DNA of 63,744 bases, filler included, from Rhabdomonas costata (Eukaryota): NCBI GenBank assembly GCA_019059605.1. It is 51 parts of 51 records of this genome, joined end to end, with 100 filler letters (N's around TTAATTAATTAA, not from the genome) between each part and the next. Parts side by side here need not be neighbours in the genome. Positions count along the whole stretch, not along the records: positions 21,286 to 22,437 come from JAHMHO010026061.1; positions 22,538 to 23,689 come from JAHMHO010026062.1; positions 23,790 to 24,941 come from JAHMHO010026063.1; positions 25,042 to 26,193 come from JAHMHO010026064.1; positions 26,294 to 27,445 come from JAHMHO010026065.1; positions 27,546 to 28,693 come from JAHMHO010026066.1; positions 28,794 to 29,944 come from JAHMHO010026067.1; positions 30,045 to 31,196 come from JAHMHO010026068.1; 43 more parts are not named here. One strand, given 5' to 3'. Shown in pieces: positions 21,690 through 33,667 of this stretch (position 1 is its first letter; every line of letters begins with the position of its first letter). The notes under the pieces were generated by a model. It did no database searches. It saw only the letters and a list, made by a program, of their open reading frames with translations, and had not been told where the DNA came from. The position numbers and the translations under genes are program-made.

Positions 21690-24600
21690 CCATGAGTGCA
21701 TAACGACCTAGAATCTAAAGTGAAGGAATTCAAGTGGCGGAGGAATCTCTCCTATTATGCTGATCCGTTCAATTAACTCCTGTGCTGTACTCTGGACGGA
21801 TACTTTTAGTAACACTTGCGGCTTTTCGTGTTCTTTCTTATGGCCCGTCATTTTGGAGTTATGCCACATATATACTACATACAACATGTGCTACTATTTT
21901 ATGTACAAGCGCGTGAGTCTTTCCAGCTCGTAGTATATAAGCACAAGCCGTAAAGCACACTCAGCAACAACCCACACCATCCTATCGCAATCAACCTTAC
22001 AACACTGATGGAAAGAATCACTATGTCATGAGATTCAAAGCACTCATTACCACACAACCAGAACACTTACAAACATAAATTCAGCAATAAGATTGAGCAC
22101 AGACCATGAGCAGTCATCGGCAACAACCTCAAACACATACTTTTCATTCTACCTAAGACATGGACTTCTACACAAAAACCGCTGCAAACCACACGAAGCA
22201 ACAAGTGACACCACCACATGCTCCGCACAAAATGGACCAATAGGACACATAGAGTAATTCATTGCACTGTTGAATCCATTAGAAGTGCATTTCAGATTAT
22301 TAAGTAACATCTAATAAGCTAAATAGCACACATCAACACCAAGCATAAATCAAAAAACGGAGAATCTATACCAAAAGACGAAGGCAACAACACCATGCAC
22401 TCATTGAATGTCAAGTACACCATGAAACACCACCACANNNNNNNNNNNNNNNNNNNNNNNNNNNNNNNNNNNNNNNNNNNNTTAATTAATTAANNNNNNN
22501 NNNNNNNNNNNNNNNNNNNNNNNNNNNNNNNNNNNNNGTGGGGGGTGGGTGTGTTTGGGTTGTGTTGTGTGTGTGTGTAATATATACCTCTCTTCCTGGG
22601 CGTCAGTGGGTTTATGCCTTAGATTGGCCTCCATCACCATGAATTACATCCTACGCCAAAATACTCATGGTATCTCACTGCGACTCCTGCGCATATGGTC
22701 ATCGTAACAAGTAATTCTAGGTGTACATGATAACAAAGTAGATCGTGCTTGTGCATCACCTCTTGCTTCCGTGCATCTATTCCGAGCATTCCAAGCATCG
22801 TCACTGTTGTATTCGCGTGTGAGTAAAGTGCAACGTCCACTGATCGCAGCCAGGTACTACCAGCACCACTTCCATGCTGTCATCAATGTCGCGCTTGTAT
22901 GCTACTCCACTCAGTGCTTTATTGCACAGGAGTGCGCTCCTGTCGTAACCGCCACTTGGTAATATCCTGAGGGACATCTGTGAAACCTGAATTCAAATAC
23001 CGAGTCCGCAATTTCAAACCAACCACCACTGAAGTCACCGAAGTACAACACACCCTCCACACAACGTCCCAAAGTCACGACCACATCCTCCACACCGACA
23101 GCCACAAATAACAACACCAGCACCATAACCATCACCCTCACCATTCTATTCCACCAATTTCACCACAAGACACAACGCAACAAATCCAACCACATCCTTC
23201 AACGCACAGAACACTCCACAGACCACGATCTCCGACCCCAAGACCAAACACAACACACCCCACGTAACCAAAGACAACAAGGAATACCTAAAAAAAAACC
23301 GCAACAACAAACCATAAAATGGTGGAACCCAGAACTCGAATGCCGACGCGAAATAAAACCACAGTCCCAGCACACAACTCACACAACCCAGCTGCAGTGA
23401 CGATACACACCTGACACAGAATTCAGAGCAAAAATACCAACGCTAAAAATTCACAAAAAACCTTCACACCCTCACGAAAACTCCACCAAAAACCACCATT
23501 TCACACACAAAGATGCCACAAATCCACACCAAGTAACCACTGAATGCCTCGATATTTACCCACATTTTTCTCTCGGTTAGGCTTCACTCCACATGTGAAC
23601 GGCCAAGGGTGCACCTCTGAACTACCAAAGACCATCAAAAACAGCCACACAAACCTTTTTTTGTGGAAAAATTGCATTAGAGGAAAAAANNNNNNNNNNN
23701 NNNNNNNNNNNNNNNNNNNNNNNNNNNNNNNNNTTAATTAATTAANNNNNNNNNNNNNNNNNNNNNNNNNNNNNNNNNNNNNNNNNNNNGTTGGGTGGGG
23801 TAAACCTGCCGAAGCTGTGCCGCTGCGAGAGGAGGCCTCGCGGGTAAACCAACGTCAGTCTGTTTGACACCTCAGGCCGGTCGGGCGATTGAATGTGGAG
23901 TCTCCCCCCCTCACTGACACTGCTTTAGACCGGTTGTTTTTTTTTCGGGGGGGGGGGGGGGGGGGGAGGCTATGCTGAGGTGTGATCAGGATTTGATGTG
24001 TATCGTCAGGGAACCGCCCCTGTTTCCCCCCGTCCCCAGGATTTTTTTTTAGTTCTTTCTTAAATTTTTTTCTAGGAAATTGCTGTTTCGCCACTTGCAT
24101 AAGTATGTGGAGCGGAAGGATGTGGTGGTTGTGGTCACTTTGCATTGGTTTGCACAATCTAAAGTCAATGGAGATGGCGTGGCTGTCTCCTGACTGCCTT
24201 CTGACTCTGTCTTAGACTCGGAGGGCTTACAGAGAGCCGAGGTTGTTCTGAGCTGGGAAGGAAGCTATCAGGAAAAGGGATGGTGGCATGGGAAAACCGC
24301 AACCGGAGAGCAAAGTTGATGGCCTTCAGTTTTGGAGTAGTCCAGAAAGAAAACAGGAAAAAAAGGAAATGAAGAAACATGAAGACAGTGCTGCGACTGC
24401 GAGGGAATGCCGTCAATCTGAACCGTCAACCTCTCAACCCAAAACGAGACGTCTTGTATTATCCCTTGAGAACCGCATTCCGAGATATGCTGGGTGTGCA
24501 AACGAAGCGCCGGCCACAGCGCGGCTGAAGATGGACTCATGTTAGCATCTCAGGCACTTTTTCAGTTTTTTCGCGAATGCCAGTAGAAAGTACCTTGCAT

Positions 24601-24722
24601 TCCACGTCTCTTTCGCTCTTTTTATCAGCCGGAGTGTATGTGCTGTTTTTTTTTGGGGGGGGGTGTTTTCCTTCCTCTCCCTCTAATATAATATAAAAAG
24701 GGAGCCAAAGGAGAAAGCGAGA

Positions 24723-24941
24723 ATGGGGAGTGTATGTAGTAAGCCGATGAGCTCCGACAGAGTCTACGCCACCACGGCTCCACCTCCCGCCCACACTTCC
24801 GCATCCCTTGTTGAGTCTGCGGGGAGTGGTGTGGAAAGGCTCGAAGATGCACCGCCGCATCTGGCCCAAACCCAAGGCATAACTCCGACGCACACCCCCC
24901 CTCGACTCGCAGGCACTCACCACACGCATACCAAACGCATA
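24723..24941 (+). CDS. N-terminus of a putative dually acylated (myristoyl/palmitoyl) protein
   Basis: MGSVCSKP... fits the MGxxCS consensus; frame open to contig end. Confidence 0.4.
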
Positions 24942-25066
24942 NNNNNNNNNNNNNNNNNNNNNNNNNNNNNNNNNNNNNNNNNNNNTTAATTAATTAANNN
25001 NNNNNNNNNNNNNNNNNNNNNNNNNNNNNNNNNNNNNNNNNAAAAAAAGGGGGGGGGGGGACAAAC

Positions 25067-25375
25067 TTCTTTTTGTCGATGTCAGGAACGGTGCTGCGCG
25101 GAGCTTTCTCACAGATTACAGGAACTCGCTCGGGGTACTTGGCACGCATTCGCTCAGCTTCCGCCTTCCGCTTTTCAAAGCTGTTCTCCTTCTTAAACTG
25201 AAACTCCTGGAACACGTTGAACTTCAGCATTGTGGAGTGTCAATGGAGAAATCCAATGCACACAGCCCGGAACTCTTGGGTGACAAAGCCGCAACAAAAA
25301 GGTACAGAAAAGGCTGTGAAGTAACAAAGGGCACTTGCTGGCACGTAGTGCCAGTGCCCGGTGCTGGGCAGGCAT
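25067..25375 (-). CDS. ATG8: Autophagy ubiquitin-like protein ATG8, 5' part
   Basis: Exon 25206-25067 [48 protein letters not shown] with CAG acceptor at 25207; putative first exon from ATG 25375 (MPAQHR), donor uncertain. Confidence 0.93.
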
Positions 25376-25602
25376 AGGAGAGGTCTTTGTGCTGAAGAAG
25401 TCTTTGGTGGGCGGATAAAAAACGTTTACGCCAGGAGGGCAACGGCCAAAAGTCAAACGCAGTTGTTCTCTTAACGAAAGCCGAGACCTAATTTTGCAGT
25501 CTTGAAAAAGAAGGATTCCGAATAAATGGATCCTTTGAGATACCGTGCCATTCATTCATAGAGAGATTACGAGAGGACTGCAAGGCTGCCGCCTAGGCAT
25601 AC

Positions 25603-25797
25603 CCAGTGCCTCGGTCCCACCCCGCTCCCTCGAGGTAGAGCCCGTGGATGTACACCCCGGTTGCCGGGGGGGCGGTGATGTCCCAGCTGTCCATAGACAT
25701 CACTGTGGTGCGGAACTTCAGCTCGTCGATCGGGATCTGGAACTGCCGGCTGTGGGTCTGGAGCACCCCAGTGCAGAACCCTTGCGGGAAGAAAAAC
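25603..25797 (-). CDS. Axonemal dynein heavy chain, internal exon of the C-terminal domain
   Basis: FFFPQGFCTGVLQTHSRQFQIPIDELKF...GVYIHGLYLEGAGWD; CAG acceptor 25798, GTATGC donor 25602. Confidence 0.92.
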
Positions 25798-27041
25798 CTG
25801 TGAGTGAAAGAGAGATGAGAGAGGAAAGGGCTGGTACAAAAAGGTTTCAAAGGTGAGAAAACGCAAGCACGCACACAAACAAGCGCAACACCTAAACTCA
25901 ATGTAGTCGGAATGGGAATGGGAAATCCGAAACCTCGAGATGCACTTCAGACTTACATCTGGCGCCGTACATCTGCTTTGACATAGGATATAGGATAGGA
26001 TTCCCTGGATTCTGGCACGGTATTTTGGAAGAGGCTGGAAAAGCTGCGGGGACCCCTTCCAGCAGAAAATGATGCACTTGGACAAGAACTTGCAGTCAAA
26101 GTGATGAAGGGGATACGCTCACACTCATACCAAAGCACCCACCCATACCCGGAAATCCAGAACGTCGCGGGCTGCCCGCTCTACACCCACACANNNNNNN
26201 NNNNNNNNNNNNNNNNNNNNNNNNNNNNNNNNNNNNNTTAATTAATTAANNNNNNNNNNNNNNNNNNNNNNNNNNNNNNNNNNNNNNNNNNNNGTGTGGG
26301 TTGCTCAACGGTCTTACCTAAGTGGGGCTGAAATTTTTGTTTGTGAAAGTATCTTGAGTGGTCACGAAAAGTAAACTGGTGGCATGCACGTGCAGATGAA
26401 TAATCTGCCGCAAAATGGAAATTGAACGAAGAGGTCGGGTTAAGGATCAGAGGGTGGGCCAGTCCCCGTGGTTGCTGCAGCTGCTTTTTGCCGTTGTTGT
26501 TGCTGCTGTCCTGCACTTTGCTAAGTAGGCCGGGGGGGGGCTGTTCAGCTGTGTGCGTAGTGGTTGCAAACGAGGACGGTTCCAAAGGGTCTTGGATGAA
26601 GTATGGATGGAGCAGGCAGGCTGCGGGGATTTCGAGAGCTGCGTGATAATGAGCTTGCTTAACATGGAGGTTTCAACCCTGGGTCTGAAAAATTGCAGGA
26701 TGTGCGTCCAGACGCAGAGGCCTTGGGGGCCCTGAAGCTGACTTAGGCCCCTCGGTTAGAAGTGAAGGTTTATTGTGAGCGCGTGATTTTGAGTCGCTCG
26801 GTTTTCTGGTTTTGTTCACGTGTTGGGAGAGTTTTCTGCAATTCGGCGTCTTTAGCTTTGAATTGTGTATTATGTAGCAAAAACACACAGAATTTGAGCA
26901 GTTGGCGATGGCAAATTTTGGGAAGACGAGTTTCCTTTCTCCTCTGACTTCTCCACCCACAGGGTATGGTACCCATCGTGTCTTACCCTCTTCTCTGTCC
27001 TCTTCTCTGCTCTGGTAGTTGGGGTTGGCAAGCTCGCACAC

Positions 27042-27215
27042 CTGGTCCTCAGTCTCTCCGGGCTGCACGGGGACAAGCAGAACCCCGCGCTGTCTCCTGG
27101 AGAGGAAGTTGAGCAGGGTGCTTCGCCCGCTGCCCGGAAGCCCCAGCAGGACGTTCAGGTCAGGCAAGCCTCCCAGCGGGGGGCGGCCACTGAACAGTAC
27201 CTCTCGCAGCTTGGC
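27042..27215 (-). CDS. Exon with P-loop-like motif (ATPase domain)
   Basis: CAG/GT-bounded 174-nt exon AKLREVLFSG...NVLLGLPGSGRSTLLNFL (Walker A GxxGxG(K>R)ST). Confidence 0.55.
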
Positions 27216-29127
27216 CTGAAATGATTCGCGACGGGCACACACACACAATGGGACGCCTCATCTATGCTGTGGGGTGGATGCTGCAACCAGTTCAGAACCA
27301 ACCAGGATGTTGAGGCCCCGTGTTTCTTACCTCGTCGACTTACAACTTTTGCCAGGTTGGGAAATGAGGTTGGTGAGGGCAGATGCACATCGCTGGCGGA
27401 ATGCCGCGAAACAGGACATTCATTACCAACCGAATGAAAAACATCNNNNNNNNNNNNNNNNNNNNNNNNNNNNNNNNNNNNNNNNNNNNTTAATTAATTA
27501 ANNNNNNNNNNNNNNNNNNNNNNNNNNNNNNNNNNNNNNNNNNNNTGTTGTGGGGCTTAAGCCGAAGCACAGGAAACGGCTGCGCGCTGGTCCTTGCACC
27601 CCAGGCCAGTCACTTCCATTTTTGGCGGCTCATATATATATACTGTGTTTGGGGCTGTGTGCGGGCTCCCCGTTCACGGGTTTCTCCCGCACTTGTGGCG
27701 ATCCAACGCAAGCTGCCGTGCTCGGGTGCTGGAAGCATAGTGTTGGAACATTAGAGGACAGGGAACAAAGTGGAGAATGGAACTACCTCTTCATTCATCA
27801 ACGTGATATTCCTGCGTATTCACCCTGCAGGCTGGACAATGGACGAAGCGTTGCTCCTGTTCTGCTCTTATTGGGTGGTGTGCTGTCTATAAGAAAAAGA
27901 AACCCTGTCTTTCACCCCCCAACAGGAGGATTCAGCACACATACACACATCCTACACACCAACATATAAACACACACCTGGATGGTGGTGCGGGGGTGGC
28001 GAAGGCGGCGGCAGAGCCTGCCCAAAGTGGAGCCCAGCGCCTGCAGGAGGCCCCCTGAGGTTCGCATGGTCTGCTCAGGACCCGCTTTCTGAGAAAGACA
28101 CCCACAGAAGCGAGTGCCGTTTTCTCTGAAGGCCTCCCGCAGAAATGCAGTCGTTTGCCCGCAGGTTTGGTTGGAGGCATGAGCTTAGTCATGGCATGTT
28201 GTAAACACACGGGCACTGACAACAGCAAATTCAGAGAACATGGGGTAAAGAGGGAAGGAGACAGGAGGGAGAAAGGTGCGAGGGGGGTAGCCCGATGAGT
28301 GGGAGAGTGGGTGAGTAGGCAGAGTGGGCTGAAACAGAAAGTCACAAGTTTTTTTTCCACCAAATATCACACTGAAAAATTGACATTGGTTCGCCCTACA
28401 ATACCTTGAAATTGATCTTGACGAGCGGGCTGGCATTCCCTGGCACAGGTACGAAACCAAAAAACCCTTGGGCTGGATGAAGGTTCAGGGGCTCACAGGG
28501 GCTGATGCCGAGAAGGAAGAACAAAAGAAATCCAATAGAAGAGCGAAGCAGCGGACGGCAACGTTGGCTACCTCCGTGACAACTGGACCGTGAGAGCTCC
28601 CCGCCCGAGAGGTGAGGTAGTTCAACACCAGAGCGATCTCTCGTCGGCTGAGCACAGCGCAGTCGTAGGTGCCCTCTGGGGACCACCAACAACNNNNNNN
28701 NNNNNNNNNNNNNNNNNNNNNNNNNNNNNNNNNNNNNTTAATTAATTAANNNNNNNNNNNNNNNNNNNNNNNNNNNNNNNNNNNNNNNNNNNNGTGATGT
28801 TTGTGGTCAGTCCCCAATGCATCTGTTGTTTTGAACAGGGTTTGCCCGGCAGTGTCCCTCCACTATGTCGCCTGGCTCCAAACGGGATGCAAAGATGGAG
28901 GGTGGGCGGGGGGCGGGGTGCCATGGTGGTTGTGCCGGTGGAGGGCATTAGGAAACGATTAGCTTCCACCGCCAGCACGTGCACCACGCCAGTCTTATCC
29001 CCAACATTTTCACAGCGCGTGTATTTCTTCTATTTTCAGTTTTCCCGTGAACGTACGTGAAGTTTACGTTTCCAATTGGTGTGCACGTGGTTAGTTGTGG
29101 GGGGAAGCGTAGTCCCCCCCCCGACAG

Positions 29128-29397
29128 GTTATGCTCCGTGCTGGGGTGCCTTCCCGTGATGTCGGAGGACCTCACCGGGTCCTCTTCTATGAGGGTGCCC
29201 GCGGCCAGCCTCTCCACTGCCACTCTGACCGTATGGGCCTTTCCCGGAGGCTGCGGCGAGGGCCCGACCCCGACAACCAACCCCCGCTGCTCCCCCCTAG
29301 CCAGCCCTCAGTACTTCGCCGTGCTCTCCCCACCGGAGAGCCAGCAGGACGAGGAGCTGGAGGGGCAGCCCCAGGGGAGAGGCCCAGCAGCGAAAGG
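29128..29397 (+). CDS. Probable exon of unknown protein
   Basis: CAG acceptor at 29127, high-GC3 frame LCSVLGCLPVMSEDLTG...PESQQDEELEGQPQG, GT near 29398; no family recognised. Confidence 0.35.
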
Positions 29398-29826
29398 TTG
29401 TCGCCGAGGAGCCTCTGCTCGCGGGGCTCATCCCTGCGTGTGCGTGGTGCTGTGCGGGCGAACCGCTGTCCTTGCCCGGCAATCCAGGTCCCTGTCCTGC
29501 TGATGAGATTTTCCTCTCTGTTCTGGTATGTGTCATGATGTGATGTTGTCATGGCATAGTGTGAGAAGTTCAATCCGAAAAGGAGATTTTGAGTGAGCGT
29601 GACCATGGAGAGCTCAACCCAGAACGCTGACCTATTGACGGGTGCTCCCGACCACGCTGGAGAGAGTCCTGGGGGCCGGTGGGCGGGTGAAACGCCACTG
29701 GGACCATTTTACCCTTTGTGCAAGAAAGGAGAGGTTGCTGAGACAGGAGAAGTCACTGGAGGAGGTATTTTGGCTGGGTTTCGCAGGTGGGTGGGGTATT
29801 CTTTTGGCAGTCGTGCACCTCCACAG

Positions 29827-29944
29827 GCCACTGGCATTGGTGTGGTCAGCACCTTCATGGGAAAGGGCGCTGTGGACATGGACAAGGAGTACTGCCTGTT
29901 TACGATCGGCCTGCAGGCTAAGGACTACACCGCTCTGGCGGTGT
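29827..29944 (+). CDS. Acetolactate synthase large subunit / TPP-dependent enzyme, central-domain exon (bacterial type)
   Basis: CACAG acceptor 29826; ATGIGVVSTFMGKGAVDMDKEYCLFTIGLQAKDY fits the TxMGKG...TxGL central-domain motif. Confidence 0.78.
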
Positions 29945-30667
29945 NNNNNNNNNNNNNNNNNNNNNNNNNNNNNNNNNNNNNNNNNNNNTTAATTAATTAA
30001 NNNNNNNNNNNNNNNNNNNNNNNNNNNNNNNNNNNNNNNNNNNNGGGGGTGTGGTAAGTGTGAGGCATGAACTTACTTTGGGTCCAACAAATAACTAACA
30101 GCGTCAGTTCGGGTCAAAGTTGTGCAGCGCCACAGCCGCAAGGTTTTGTTCTAGCCCTCATCCATTGACTAGGGCACCAAAAATTTCTTCCACGGCACCA
30201 AAAATTTCTTCCACGAATCCTTCGAAACGACATCATTGGGAAGTCGATGTTCAAAACGGGGCTTACAGCTGACAGGTACCACGCATAGCTGAACCGCACA
30301 CATTTGATGAACTCAGCCTGGATTGCATCAGGTGTTGCCATCCGACTTCCCAATTTCCCCCAATCGCCACATCCCCAGAAGCCCTTTGAACGTCACTTGA
30401 CCCCACAAAAAACAGGGAGGAAGAGAGTAGAGCACCCAAAAGTCTCTGTAACCTTTGTGCGCGGCCCGGCACACCCTCAGTTGTGTGTATGTGTGTGTTG
30501 TGAAAGTGGTGTGTGTATCCGTTGCAAGTGAATTCAGGATGCTCGGTGATTGTGTGTGTGTGTCTGTGTGCTTGTGGTGATGTGTGAAAAGCCCACTGAA
30601 GGAAGTCTCCAGTCAGCTTTTCAGGCGAACGGTGGAAGTGTGTCCGGGGTGCGAGCAAGGCAGGTCT

Positions 30668-31094
30668 CTACTTTCCTTTCTCAGCCTTGGGCTCCGCTGG
30701 GGGCGCAGCCGCGGTCTCCTCCTCATCATCCGCGCCTGCCTCACGGCGCTCCACCTAAACACACACACATGCAAGCACACTTGGGGCATTGCCGGTGTGC
30801 CAAGTAACATGAATTCCTCTCATAATGACCTCCCGGGCAGCCACACACCCAAAAGGTCAAAAGAAAGAGTCCCCCAAAAGACCAGTAGAAAGCCGCTATA
30901 AGCTGCTGCAATTCAAAAATGGCGCACAGACTACTGCCCATGCAGGGGCCAGGGAAGTGCACACACACACACACACACACGCAGTTCCACGTGGTCACGC
31001 CCACACGAACCAGCGCCGCGGTGCACCGGTTGCCGCAGGTGACCTGCAGCACGTGGTAGTCCTTCAGCTCTGCCACGGCGACAGGCTCCGTGCG
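30668..31094 (-). CDS. RCC1-repeat protein, last two exons
   Basis: Exon 31094-31011 RTEPVAVAELKDYHVLQVTCGNRCTAAL and exon 30754-30668 VERREAGADDEEETAAAPPAEPKAEKGK*; phase-0 GT-AG intron. Confidence 0.78.
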
Positions 31095-31840
31095 CTGTGG
31101 CGAGCCCCGTCCACGGACATTAGTAGTTTTACAAATCAACGCAGAAGCCAAACTCGCGCCCAATTCCACGCGACCAGGATACTAAAACCCCAAAACNNNN
31201 NNNNNNNNNNNNNNNNNNNNNNNNNNNNNNNNNNNNNNNNTTAATTAATTAANNNNNNNNNNNNNNNNNNNNNNNNNNNNNNNNNNNNNNNNNNNNCGAA
31301 CGTGTGCCGTTTATACTTTGACGTGACGTGGTGCAGAGAAACGAATTGCAAAATGGAGTTTGGGGCTTTGTGCATAAACAACACTGTAACATAAGCAGAA
31401 TAATAATAGTATGGACAGCAGTAGTATGGACAGAGAGAGTAGCAAGACGTTGTAAGGCGATTGGGTCGAAAGTGTGGCGTTGTATCACTGTAACGCCATC
31501 GGGAGCACTTCTGGAAGCTTCCACACAGGGCCTCTTTTTCACGTCCGCGGTCGCTACAATTTGTCCATTTACAATCTGACTTCCAGGATGTGAACATCCT
31601 CCTAAGTGAGAAAAAATATTTTCTACGATTATCACGAATTTGTCGACCTCGTTTCACCCCTGGCCTGGGGTACATGGGGAAAATCGTAAAACTGATTGAA
31701 GAAAATTCGAAAAAAAAAATAGAAATATGAAACAAAATAATATAAACAATGTAAACAAAACTTAAGGCCAAGAAATGCAAGGGAAACCCTGCGGATCAGC
31801 CAGGCAGAATTCCTCCTCTCGTTCCCTCACCCCCACCCAG

Positions 31841-32015
31841 TGGCTGACCTGCTCACCACCTCCTCCTCCGCTTCCTCCGCACACCCCCGCCGTGACCTCA
31901 GCCCGATGGTGTTTGTCTCCAACATCCGGTTCAGCTTCAACCCGACAACCTGTGGCTGGGTGAACCGCTCCAACCGCCGCCTGGTCGCTTCTGTCACCGT
32001 GGATACCTCATCCAA
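31841..32015 (+). CDS. Probable exon of unknown protein
   Basis: CAG acceptor 31840, GT donor 32016, high-GC3 frame ADLLTT...MVFVSNIRFSFNPTTCGWVNRSNRRLVASVTVDTSSK. Confidence 0.45.
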
Positions 32016-32769
32016 GGTCCCTGGTCTCCCTGCTCTGCTGTAGTTGCTGTTCGGATCTCCCCGCGACTTTTTCCCCGGACCGCGCGGCTCAGTAACCCAT
32101 GCTATCAGTTACCTTGACGCTCCGGTGTACCTTAAAATATGCATCAACTGCCGTTGGTTTTTGGAATTTACAAAAGAAAACTGTACAAAAATTGTATCAA
32201 AAGGCATCCGTGCAGAGTACAGCAAGATTTTCTACACAGCTCGGGTGCCAGGTATTAGGTCCTTGAACAAAATAAAGACTGCGTCTGTTTTCTTTTTCTG
32301 AACCAAGGCACTGGTTGACGAGGGCTGTGTCGGTTCTTTGCCTACAAACTCTATGTCTCCTGGACTCTGCTTCTGGATCTTTGTTGGATTTAGGGGCAAG
32401 TTGGGTCCTAAAAAATGGAATGATCATTTTTTAGGACCCAACCCAACCNNNNNNNNNNNNNNNNNNNNNNNNNNNNNNNNNNNNNNNNNNNNTTAATTAA
32501 TTAANNNNNNNNNNNNNNNNNNNNNNNNNNNNNNNNNNNNNNNNNNNNGGGTTTTTTTCACGTTTATTTTGGGATTTGTTTTGAGTTGGAGTTCATGAAT
32601 TCATGATAGGGGGTTTGTTAGTGCAAGGTGTATGGTGGGATTTCTTGGTGGGTTGCAGCGCTCCAGCTGCCGTTCCCTTGCGTGAGTAGCAGAGCAGGTT
32701 TCTCAGTCAACCCGCTGAAAAGCGCCATTCAAAAGACGCTGTGATTGTGAATGCCTGCGCTCCGCAAAG

Positions 32770-33667
32770 GGATGCCCCAGGCCATAATGGACCAGCTGCT
32801 TGCGATGGGTGTGGTGTTGTCTGACGTGGGCCCTGGCGCAGAGTCCCCAGCCCCCTCCTCTCACGACCCGCTGCCCCTGTCCTCTGCAGCGTCGTCGTCG
32901 GCTGCCACAACAGAGAAGCAGTCTCCTCCTGGGGTGTGGTTCGATGCCGCCTATTCTGATATTCTAATGAACATGTGACGGTGCACACTTTTTCCCTTTC
33001 CAGGAGTGACCAACGGAAATATTCACGCGAATATCTCTTCGGGACGGGTGTGTGTGTGTGTGTGTGTGTGAAGTGGACCTCGAGTCCTGCCCAAAAAAAA
33101 TCATCCGCTCCAAATGCACCAAGTGTGTGTGTGTGAGTGCATGTGTGTTTTAGGGTATCTCGCCCGACGACGATCAGGAGGAGCTCCTTCCGGTGGGTGG
33201 CCCCAGGACACTGAAAACGGAGTTTGCACCCTTCGCCGTTGACCCTTCCCAGGTTCAACACTTCTCCCCCCCCCCCCCCCCCAACCAACTCTCACAGAGC
33301 CTTCACCTCAGACAGACCAGCTGTTTTCAACGGATAATTTCCGCACGCTCAGGTGCGTTGCCTCAACTTGGATATCACTGCCCTGGTCGCTCTCTCCTCG
33401 GACTTGGTGCACGGTGGTTGCTGGCACAACTTCACCCGCAACCCCGTCCTTCAGGTGCCTCTCAATTACCTTGGCCATAAGCATTGCACTTGGCCGATGA
33501 GGGTTGCAGCGGCATCCAAACATTTACATGGACACACATACCACAAAATTTTTGTTTTCGATTTGAGTGGTGGTGCAGGTCAGGATGCCTGCCGTCGCCG
33601 GTTTGCTGCAGCAGTGGTGCAGGAAACGATGAGCGAACAACATTGGCTGGCTGAGCAGCTCTTTGGT
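32770..33667 (+). CDS. DUF1308/UPF0415 (C7orf25-like) protein, ~4 exons
   Basis: Exons ~32770-32933 (GMPQAIMDQLLAMGV), 33154-33252, 33353-33454 (LNLDITALVALSSDLVHGGC, the family NLDxTxLxxxVSxLxxGG signature), ~33584-33667. Confidence 0.78.

Noticed and set aside
31095..31125. Non-conventional (non-AG) intron end before GRGSPQ in the RCC1 exon
   Set aside because: A canonical CCACAG acceptor at 31095 gives a sensible phase-0 exon.
32748..32770. Non-conventional intron end (CTG at -8) in the DUF1308 gene
   Set aside because: An AAG at 32767-32769 can serve as acceptor, as elsewhere in this window; undecidable without cDNA.
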